Of a DNA stretch of 64,000 bases, positions 27,120 through 34,593 are shown in pieces. Below the pieces are notes generated by a model that saw only the letters and a program-made list of their open reading frames with translations, had not been told where the DNA came from and searched no databases. Location: the NCBI GenBank assembly GCA_018714625.1, contig DVNE01000009.1:16840-80839 (forward strand). Direction: 5' to 3'. Position numbers and translations under genes: made by a program. Source of the DNA: Candidatus Coproplasma excrementigallinarum. Its GTDB lineage: Bacteria > Bacillota > Clostridia > Christensenellales > Borkfalkiaceae. Within the stretch, counting starts at the first letter, position 1. Every line of letters begins with the position of its first letter.

Positions 27120-29120
27120 TTACTTTGTAAACAGATAAAAGCTCAGTGTGAATATGGGTATATTCAGCGCTATAATGCAGGGGATTACTATCTTTGCAAG
27201 CACGTCCATCGATTCGGACCAGTTGACGTTTATAACAATCGCAAACACAATTATTATACAAATCAGCAGAATGGTAATTATGCATGCGGTAGAAATATAC
27301 CTCAGACTGGTCGGTTTGCGCATATGGTTGCCGTACTTTGCGCCGAACAGTATTCCGCATACGAGCACGAGAGCAAGTCCCAGCGAAAGTATTATGATGG
27401 GATAGGCAATCGAAACGTGCAGTTCGTTCATGAACAGCAGTGTAAGAGTAAACTCAAGTAGCATTATCACGCCGATTATAAGCGAGCACTTGAACAGCGT
27501 TGCGCCCTTGTTGTAAGTCGATTGCCTTGCAACTCCAGCGGCAAAGGCCTCTTCGGAGGTGCTTATCTTAAGACCGTCAGACGCGGCCTTTTTGTTTGCG
27601 TCGGAGTAGGACGAATATCTCGGTTGAACGCGCTCTTCGCGCTGCGGCTGGGCATATTCTGTATCTGCTACGCGCTCTTCCCGTGGAGCAGGCTCAGCCT
27701 GTCTTGTTTCCTGAACGGCGGGAGCAGGTGCAGGAGTATTTTTAAGAGTATTTGCAAAAAGCTTGTCTATAAGGTTTTTGTAGTCGCGCTCCTGCTCGGG
27801 GCGGGCGTTGTATATAAGCCTGGATGTGTCTATGCTGTCGGCATAGGGCATCTTGTCTTCTTCTTTTTTCTCGTCGCCGGATATAAGCTTGAGGTAATTT
27901 TCGTGCGCGCGTTTGCGGGCATCATTTTCCTCTGACGCTGAAAGCTGTGAGGCATATCTTGCCTTTTCTTCCTGTGAGGGGGCAGCATACTGCGGGTTTC
28001 GCTGTACCTGCTGGGCGTACGGCTCGTTTACAGTCTCTGAATATGTAGTCTGCTCGCTGTAACTCTCCTGCGAGGCGGCAGGGAGGTCGCGTACTGCTGC
28101 GTTCAGCTCCTCGCGTATGGTGTCGCGTATCTCTCGGCGTATTACTTCGCTGTACATCTCTGCAGTTTCGTTCTTTGCGGCCGTTTCAGATGTCTGCGTT
28201 GCGGCCTCTTCGCTTGTCTCTGTCCTGAGAGTATTGCTTTCAGCCGCAGTTTCAGTAGCGGGACTTGCAACTGTGTCGGTTGAATTTTCCGAGGCGTCCT
28301 GTAAGCTGTCCGTTTGGTCTGAGGTATTTTCTTTAGGAGCGCTCTCCGAAGTGTATTCAGAAGCGGCAGAATTTGTCTGCGTGGAGGAATTGCCTTCTGA
28401 AATAAGCTCCGAGTATTCGAGGGCCTTCTCAGCTTTAGCAGAATAGAGCCCGTCACTCTTATTATCGTTCTGTTCCTCGGGCTTGCTGTTATCCTGAGAG
28501 GCCTTCAAAGGGTCGTCTATGTAGACGGTCGAACTCTCGTCAGAGACGGTGTAGGTGCGCGCCTCTATAACGGGGTTATCCGTGCCTGACTTTTCTTCGG
28601 GACTGTTTTCTTTTTCCTCGCTCTTCGCTTCAGCCTTTTCCTCGCCGTCTTCGCCCTCGCCGTGCAGTACGGGCACGCGGGAAGTGGCCTGCTTTAAAAT
28701 TTTAAAATCGACGGGCGTGGGGGCGGGCTGATTGAAATCGAAATTTCTGTCAGATATCAGGCTGTCTATAACCGTTCTCGAATATTCCCACTCGGAGCGG
28801 TTCTGCTCGGCAATCTCCTTGCCGCTGTCGGTAAGGCGGTAATACTTTCTTCTGCCGCCGGCAGAAACTTCGTCCGCCTTCCAGTAAGCCTGAATATAGC
28901 CCTGGTTTTCCAGCCTTTTAAGCGCGCTGTACAGCGTGGGCTGTTTGAGCGTGTACTGCCCGTGGCTCTTTTCGTTTATCTCGGTAATTATCTCGTATCC
29001 GTACTTGTCGCGGTCGTAGAGGGAGCGCAGAATTATAGTATTTATGTGTCCCCTTATAAGGTCGGCGCTTATCGAACTTCTGCCGGCCTCGCCTTCAAAT
29101 TCTTCGGTATTTTCGTCCAT
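27120..29120 (-). CDS. membrane-anchored PadR-family transcriptional regulator (N-terminal wHTH, long acidic linker, four C-terminal TM helices)
   Basis: Residues ~17-110 (LIRGHINTIILRSLYDRDKYGYEIITEI...LKQPTLYSALKRLENQGYIQAYW...GGRRKYYRLTDSG) form a typical PadR wHTH. The middle ~400 aa are E/S/T/A/Q-rich. The last 125 aa form four hydrophobic helices. Confidence 0.7.
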   Translation of the reverse strand: MDENTEEFEGEAGRSSISADLIRGHINTIILRSLYDRDKYGYEIITEINEKSHGQYTLKQPTLYSALKRLENQGYIQAYWKADEVSAGGRRKYYRLTDSGKEIAEQNRSEWEYSRTVIDSLISDRNFDFNQPAPTPVDFKILKQATSRVPVLHGEGEDGEEKAEAKSEEKENSPEEKSGTDNPVIEARTYTVSDESSTVYIDDPLKASQDNSKPEEQNDNKSDGLYSAKAEKALEYSELISEGNSSTQTNSAASEYTSESAPKENTSDQTDSLQDASENSTDTVASPATETAAESNTLRTETSEEAATQTSETAAKNETAEMYSEVIRREIRDTIREELNAAVRDLPAASQESYSEQTTYSETVNEPYAQQVQRNPQYAAPSQEEKARYASQLSASEENDARKRAHENYLKLISGDEKKEEDKMPYADSIDTSRLIYNARPEQERDYKNLIDKLFANTLKNTPAPAPAVQETRQAEPAPREERVADTEYAQPQREERVQPRYSSYSDANKKAASDGLKISTSEEAFAAGVARQSTYNKGATLFKCSLIIGVIMLLEFTLTLLFMNELHVSIAYPIIILSLGLALVLVCGILFGAKYGNHMRKPTSLRYISTACIITILLICIIIVFAIVINVNWSESMDVLAKIVIPCIIALNIPIFTLSFYLFTK

Positions 29121-29145
29121 TGCACTTCTCCCGTAATTTGATATA

Positions 29146-29175
29146 ATTGTATCATAAAATGGCGTAAAATGTCAA
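29146..29175 (-). promoter_or_regulatory. sigma-A-type promoter of the PadR-like gene (TTGACA-18-TACAAT on the minus strand)
   Basis: Reverse complement of 29170-29175 gives TTGACA and of 29146-29151 gives TACAAT. The GGGAGAAG RBS follows. Confidence 0.65.
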
Positions 29176-29191
29176 TAGTTTGAACGGAATT

Positions 29192-29203
29192 CATAGTACT
29201 ATG
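29192..29203. promoter_or_regulatory. perfect 12-bp palindrome CATAGTACTATG, a candidate operator in the divergent PadR/thioesterase control region
   Basis: It is self-complementary, sits 17 bp upstream of the PadR-gene -35 element, and is immediately followed by ATGTCATACAT (ATGT/ACAT half-sites). Confidence 0.35.
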
Positions 29204-29346
29204 TCATACATAATCAGATAAATTTTACCTCATATTTAAAGTATTTACTGCAACCTGGCAGAAATTAATCAATTTATTAGACTTTTACGTGCAATGGTGA
29301 TACAATTAATTGCAGCGGTGCTAAAATATTGTAAAGACATAAAAAG

Positions 29347-30087
29347 GTGACGATTATGTACAGGAATATTCACACATACGATATAAGATACACAGACGTA
29401 GATTTTAAAGACGAACTCAAGCTTTCCTCGCTGTTGTCCGTGCTTGAGGAGTCGGCGTGCTATTCTGCCGACGAGCTCGGGTTCGGCTATGACGACATCT
29501 CGCCCAAGGGCATAGGCTTTATCCTCGCCAACTGGTATATCGAACTGTATCGCCCCATAAAGCTTAAGGAAAAGCTGACCGTTCACACCTGGCCGCGTAC
29601 GCCTAAAAATACCATCTTCATAAGGGATTTCGAGCTGTATTCGGGTAAAGAGAAGGTAGGCGTCGGTACTACGCGCTGGTGCATGGTGGATCTTGCGACC
29701 TTTTCCATTCTGCCCACGAGCGCATTTTTCGGGGACGGTACAAACCGAGGATATAACGATACTCACGCGGTGGAGTTCAACTCCTGGCGAATATTGCCGC
29801 TCAAGGACGGGGAAAAGAAGTACGAAAAGTATGTTTCATATTCTGATTACGACCATTATAACCACGTCAACAATACAAAGTATGCCGATATGTGTCTGGA
29901 CGCCTTCAGTGTGCAGGAATTGGAAAATAAACATCTTGAAAAGGTGCTCATAACCTATGTAAAACAGTGCAAATACGGCGAGCTTATAGAGTTCTACCGT
30001 GCGGACGAGGGAAACACCTCTGTTATAGAGGGGCGTGTTGACGGCGAGCCGCGTGTGAGGGTAAAGTTTACTTTTAGCGAGCGCTGA
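29347..30087 (+). CDS. acyl-ACP thioesterase
   Basis: Double-hotdog FatA/FatB-like bacterial acyl-ACP thioesterase pattern (IRYTDVDFKDELKLSSLL..LEESA; GIGFILANWYIE; YSDYDHYNHVNNTKYADM). An alternative start is ATG 29356. Confidence 0.8.
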   Translation: MTIMYRNIHTYDIRYTDVDFKDELKLSSLLSVLEESACYSADELGFGYDDISPKGIGFILANWYIELYRPIKLKEKLTVHTWPRTPKNTIFIRDFELYSGKEKVGVGTTRWCMVDLATFSILPTSAFFGDGTNRGYNDTHAVEFNSWRILPLKDGEKKYEKYVSYSDYDHYNHVNNTKYADMCLDAFSVQELENKHLEKVLITYVKQCKYGELIEFYRADEGNTSVIEGRVDGEPRVRVKFTFSER

Positions 30088-30249
30088 AAAATGCCGCTTT
30101 GCTGATTAAAACAGCGCGTCTTGTGATACGATTTTGTTGTTTTGGATTTGGCGACAGAACGCGCCTTGCTGTACATAGGCGCACATTGCAATGATATATT
30201 TTTTCTTGCCTGCAACGGTTTACTTCCGCGGCAGGCAGTTTTATGTAAA

Positions 30250-30341
30250 CTGTTAAAGTGTGCGGGTTGCTGTCTGATAACGAGAGGGAGCTGTATGATT
30301 AAGCGCTGCTTGCTGTCCGTTAAAGTGCGCGGGTTGCTATC
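30250..30341 (+). repeat. 25-nt imperfect direct repeat (CYGTTAAAGTGYGCGGGTTGCTRTC) x2, 67 nt apart, in the thioesterase/DUF45 spacer
   Basis: Copies at 30250-30274 and 30317-30341 match at 22 of 25 positions. Confidence 0.8.
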
Positions 30342-30569
30342 CTATTGAGCGGCAGGGTTAAAATTTTGATTTCGCTTGATAAGTCAGCCTCGGCGCTTAA
30401 ATATGCTGTTGCGTGGGCGGCGTTGAAAGCGTTTTTTTTCAATGCCTACAAGCGCTCAAAGCGCTTTACGTTAAAAAAGTTGCCTTATGAAGCATAGGCA
30501 ACAGACAAGTGCTTTATTTTTTGCCGCAGTTGGTTATGACTATAATTTTTAGTAATTTTTTGGGTCACT

Positions 30570-31232
30570 ATGGTAGAGTATTCAGATTATAAAGGCAGGT
30601 TCAGATATACAATAATAAAAAGCAAGCGACGCACCTATTCAATAAAGGTGACGGAAGATAACCTTGTATATGTGCGCGTTCCTCTTAGGACAAGCCAGGC
30701 TGAGGTTGAAAAATTGTTGAGTGAAAAGGCCGACTGGATAGAAAAGGTCATTTCTTTCAACAATGCCAATTCTCTCGCCCTGCCTTGCGTTAAAAGTTAT
30801 GATAAAGCCTACGTTTGCGGCAAACTCGTCCCTGTAGTTTTGGGCGGCAGAAATTTTATAGACGAATGCGGCGTTCACGTTGCCTCAATCAAATCTTTTA
30901 AAACTGCGTATGTAAATTCGCTGGGCGGCTGGTTTCTTTCCGAATTTTCGTCAACGGAGGCGCTTACTGGGCTTAAAAGCCGCTCGGTCGGCTTCCGCTC
31001 TATGAAGAGTATGTGGGGCAGGTGCAGCGCGGGCGGCGAAATTATTTTTAACTTCAAACTTCTGATGCTCCCGAAAGAGTTGCAGAGGTATGTTATGGTA
31101 CACGAACTTTGCCATACCGTCCATCACGACCACTCGGCGGCATTCTGGAGAGCGGTTTCGGCGTTTGTTCCCGACTGGAAAAAGCTGCGTTCACGCCTGA
31201 AAGAGTACGCCTTTCTTGCAAGAATGTACTGA
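30570..31232 (+). CDS. YgjP/DUF45-family (SprT-like) zinc metallopeptidase-fold protein
   Basis: RRTYSIKVTEDNLVYVRVPLR..EVEKLLSEKADWI, SMWGRCSAGGEIIFNFKL, and the HExxH motif in VMVHELCHTVHHDHSAAFW. Confidence 0.8.
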   Translation: MVEYSDYKGRFRYTIIKSKRRTYSIKVTEDNLVYVRVPLRTSQAEVEKLLSEKADWIEKVISFNNANSLALPCVKSYDKAYVCGKLVPVVLGGRNFIDECGVHVASIKSFKTAYVNSLGGWFLSEFSSTEALTGLKSRSVGFRSMKSMWGRCSAGGEIIFNFKLLMLPKELQRYVMVHELCHTVHHDHSAAFWRAVSAFVPDWKKLRSRLKEYAFLARMY

Positions 31233-31349
31233 AGCGGCGGCAAAATTTGCCAAGCTGCATACTTATTCAAATATGCGGCGTAAATTCATTATAATAGTAT
31301 ATTTATACAAATTGTTTTATAAAATATACAAATTATACCCTTTAAACGC

Positions 31350-31378
31350 TTGACTATGAGTTCCGTATATTGTATAAT
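31350..31378 (+). promoter_or_regulatory. sigma-A-type promoter of argG (TTGACT-17-TATAAT)
   Basis: Hexamers at 31350-31355 and 31373-31378. Confidence 0.75.
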
Positions 31379-31435
31379 TTGCAGGATGGAACGCAAAATA
31401 GCGTTTCAAATAACATATTTCGGACGAATTGCGAT

Positions 31436-32656
31436 ATGGAAAAGAAGATCAAAAAAGTTGTTCTGGCGTATTCGGGCGGGTTGGATACCTCAATCATTAT
31501 CCCCTGGCTCAAAGAAAATTACGATAACTGCGAAGTTATAGCTGTTTCCGGCGACGTTGGTCAGGCTACCGAGCTTGACGGCCTCGAGGAAAAGGCGCTC
31601 AAGACGGGCGCATCAAAGCTCTATATAGAGGATCTCCGCAAGGAATTTATCGAAGATTACATCTATCCCACAATGAAGGCCGGTGCGGTATATGAAAATA
31701 AGTACCTTCTGGGTACTTCGTTTGCGCGCCCCGTAATTGCAAAGAGGATAGTGGAGATAGCTAAAAAAGAGGGTGCGGACGCTATCTGCCACGGCTGCAC
31801 GGGTAAGGGTAACGACCAGGTTCGTTTCGAGCTTGCAATAAAGGCCTTTGCGCCCGATATGACAATCATAGCCCCCTGGCGCATATGGAAAATAAAGAGC
31901 CGCGACGAAGAGATAGACTACGCCGAAGCTCATAACATTCCCCTCAAGATAAACAGGGAGACCAACTATTCCAAGGACAGGAATTTGTGGCATCTCTCTC
32001 ACGAAGGTCTTGACCTCGAGGACCCCGCAAACGAGCCTCAGTACGACAAAATACTCGAGCTTGGCGTTTCGCCCTGGAAGGCGCCCGACAAGAGCACATA
32101 TCTCACCATTCATTTTGAAAAGGGCGTTCCCACCGCAATAGACGGGCAGGAACTTGACAGCGTTTCCCTCATAGAAAAGCTCAATAAAGTGGGCGGCGAG
32201 AACGGCGTAGGTATAGTCGATATGGTTGAAAACCGACTCGTCGGAATGAAGAGCCGCGGCGTGTACGAAACCCCCGGCGGCACAATTCTTTATGCCGCAC
32301 ACGAGATGCTGGAGTCGCTCTGCCTCGACAAGGCTACAGCTCACTACAAGCAACTCATAGCCGTAAAGTATGGCGAGATGGTATATGACGGACAGTGGTT
32401 CACGCCTCTGCGCGAAGCGCTCGACGCATTTGTAGATAAAACCCAGGAGACGGTTACCGGCGACGTTAAGCTGCGCATCTATAAGGGCAATGTAATGTGC
32501 GCAGGCATTAAATCTCCCAACTCGCTCTACAGCGAAGATATAGCTACTTTCGGCGTTGACCATTGCTATGACCAGTCCGACGCCAACGGATTTATCAATC
32601 TGTTCGGACTTCCCATCAAGATAAAAGCTTTGCTCGACGAAAAGAAGCTTAAGTAA
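31436..32656 (+). CDS. argG: argininosuccinate synthase
   Basis: N-terminal PP-loop [12 protein letters not shown], then [15 protein letters not shown]-type motif ([15 protein letters not shown]). I moved the start to ATG 31436 because the tracked start at 31370 lies inside the -10 region of a consensus promoter. Confidence 0.95.
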   Translation: MEKKIKKVVLAYSGGLDTSIIIPWLKENYDNCEVIAVSGDVGQATELDGLEEKALKTGASKLYIEDLRKEFIEDYIYPTMKAGAVYENKYLLGTSFARPVIAKRIVEIAKKEGADAICHGCTGKGNDQVRFELAIKAFAPDMTIIAPWRIWKIKSRDEEIDYAEAHNIPLKINRETNYSKDRNLWHLSHEGLDLEDPANEPQYDKILELGVSPWKAPDKSTYLTIHFEKGVPTAIDGQELDSVSLIEKLNKVGGENGVGIVDMVENRLVGMKSRGVYETPGGTILYAAHEMLESLCLDKATAHYKQLIAVKYGEMVYDGQWFTPLREALDAFVDKTQETVTGDVKLRIYKGNVMCAGIKSPNSLYSEDIATFGVDHCYDQSDANGFINLFGLPIKIKALLDEKKLK

Positions 32657-32869
32657 TTATTATATAATTTAAGGCGTGCATGCCGCACTGATGCAGCTGT
32701 GGTGCTTTTGATGCGTTGTGCCGATGTCCGGGCTTATGACGCGTGCTTAAGATGCCGCGTTGTAATGCTTTATCGGATAAAAATGTGCCGCATACAGCGC
32801 GGACGGGTAACTACCCTTTAAAGATTGTGGCGCAACCAATTCAACATATTCAGCGCGGCGTGATTGTGC

Positions 32870-32929
32870 GCACTGTACTTTATATTGTATGGCACAAAAT
32901 TGCTGTGATATAAATGTGCAGTACAGTGC
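32870..32929 (+). other. long imperfect hairpin just upstream of argC
   Basis: GCACTGTACT (32870-32879) pairs with AGTACAGTGC (32920-32929). It is extended by TTATAT (32880-32885) / ATATAA (32908-32913) with a 6-nt bulge. Confidence 0.5.
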
Positions 32930-32974
32930 TGTTTGATTTGTTGCGGCATGCCGTAAACGCCTTTGCTTTCTGAT

Positions 32975-33907
32975 ATGTATAACATTTTTATTGACGGACG
33001 CGAGGGGACTACTGGTCTTCAGATTTACGATAGGCTTTCTGCGCGTGATGATCTCAATATTTTAGTGCTTCCCGAAGAAAAACGCAAGGATGTCGAGGCG
33101 AGGAGAGAGTGTCTCAACTCGGCTGACATATGTTTTTTGTGTCTGCCTGACTGCGCGGCGAGGGAGGCTGTATCGCTGATTGAAAATCCCGCCGTGAGGG
33201 TGATAGACGCCTCGACAGCTCACCGTACAGCCGAAGGCTGGGTTTACGGCCTGCCCGAGATAGAGAAGGGAAGAAGAGAGCTTATAGCTGCGGCCAAGCG
33301 CGTAGCAAATCCCGGTTGCCATGCAACGGGATTTATAACGCTTGTAGCTCCGCTCGTAAAGTCGGGCATTGCAGGCGCAGACTATCCATTTGTTGCGCAC
33401 TCTGTAACTGGTTATTCAGGGGGCGGAAAAAAGATGATAGCCCAGTACGAGGCGGCGGAAAGAGATATAGCTTTGAATTCTCCCAGGCAATACGGACTTA
33501 CGCTTGCGCACAAGCACATTCCCGAGATGGTAAAGGAGTGCGGTCTTACACACGCGCCCATCTTTAATCCGATAGTCAGCGATTTTTATTGCGGAATGTG
33601 CGTAACAGTGCCGCTCTATAAAAATCTTTTGCTCAAAAAATTGGGCGTAGACGATATAAGAACGTTCTTTGCGGAGTACTATGCCACGCAGAACTTTGTA
33701 AAAGTGGCCGAAAAAGAGAGCATTCCCGCCTATCTGGCGGCAAACGAGCTTGCGGGTGAAAATTATCTGAAGATATATGTCAGCGGCAACGACGATATGA
33801 TTAATCTTGCCTGCGTGTTCGATAACCTCGGCAAGGGCGCTTCGGGTGCGGCAGTGCAGAATATGAATATAATGCTCGGCATAGACGAAACATATTCTCT
33901 TGTCTGA
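32975..33907 (+). CDS. argC: N-acetyl-gamma-glutamyl-phosphate reductase (short 'type 2' form)
   Basis: MYNIFIDGREGTTGLQI N-terminus, catalytic Cys in ANPGCHATGFI, and about 310 aa in length. No SD is visible upstream of either candidate start (TTG 32963 or ATG 32975). Confidence 0.9.
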   Translation: MYNIFIDGREGTTGLQIYDRLSARDDLNILVLPEEKRKDVEARRECLNSADICFLCLPDCAAREAVSLIENPAVRVIDASTAHRTAEGWVYGLPEIEKGRRELIAAAKRVANPGCHATGFITLVAPLVKSGIAGADYPFVAHSVTGYSGGGKKMIAQYEAAERDIALNSPRQYGLTLAHKHIPEMVKECGLTHAPIFNPIVSDFYCGMCVTVPLYKNLLLKKLGVDDIRTFFAEYYATQNFVKVAEKESIPAYLAANELAGENYLKIYVSGNDDMINLACVFDNLGKGASGAAVQNMNIMLGIDETYSLV

Positions 33908-34338
33908 AATTCTGGTCGGTTAAGTTACCTGTACAAGCGTGCAGGTTCAGAAAAAACGGCGGTAGTTAAACTAAAATAGTTTTTTTGTTTAAAAGAGGGG
34001 CATAAAGAGGCTCATAATCTTACGGTTGTGGTGATTTTTTATAACCAAGACATTCAGCTTTAATCTTTTAATGCTGTATCAGAGCTTTTTAGACAGAGCT
34101 GCTTTGTCAACCCGATTTTGTTTTAACTCGTACGCCATTGCTGCTTTAGTTTGTATCTGTTGCTCCAATCGGATAGTGTTCCGTATTCAGATTTTGCATT
34201 GAATGCGGACATTTTGCGCGCATTGGCAAATAAAATGCTGACTGTAAAGATTTTGCGCATTTTCTGCCGCGTACAGCGCGCACGGTATTTCCGCTGTTTC
34301 AAAAGCCTTTGAGCTGCATAATAGTCAGCAAAAATTTC

Positions 34339-34368
34339 AGCTTTTTATTTAATAGCTTTTTATTTAAT
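34339..34368 (+). repeat. perfect 15-bp tandem duplication AGCTTTTTATTTAAT x2
   Basis: Copies at 34339-34353 and 34354-34368 are identical. They sit in the AT-rich argC-argJ spacer. Confidence 0.9.
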
Positions 34369-34510
34369 TTTGCTTACTTAATGGGAGCAAACAGCCAGTT
34401 TTTGCGTATTGCAAAGTTAGAAAGTGCCTTTTTTCAGACAAGTTACATTCATTTTAAATGTTTTATAAATTACTGATATTTAAAATCTTTTGTAGTATAT
34501 AAAAGTTCGG

Positions 34511-34539
34511 TTGACGGACGGTGATTTTTGGAGTATAAT
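34511..34539 (+). promoter_or_regulatory. sigma-A-type promoter of argJBDF-carAB (TTGACG-17-TATAAT)
   Basis: Hexamers at 34511-34516 and 34534-34539, about 55 nt upstream of the argJ ATG. Confidence 0.75.
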
Positions 34540-34593
34540 CGTTTAAGAAACATTTTGAGTATACGTCCCGTCTTCAGCCGATAAAAGGTATTT

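Noticed and set aside
30142-30348. A 68-aa Cys-rich ORF (8 Cys; ...LLKCAGCCLITRGSCMIKRCLL...) sits next to a metallopeptidase-fold gene. I considered a possible RiPP precursor.
   Set aside because: It has a TTG start with no SD. The Cys codons arise from the TGTGCGGGTTGCTGT direct repeat. No modification enzyme, transporter or immunity gene lies nearby, and DUF45/YgjP is a housekeeping-type family.
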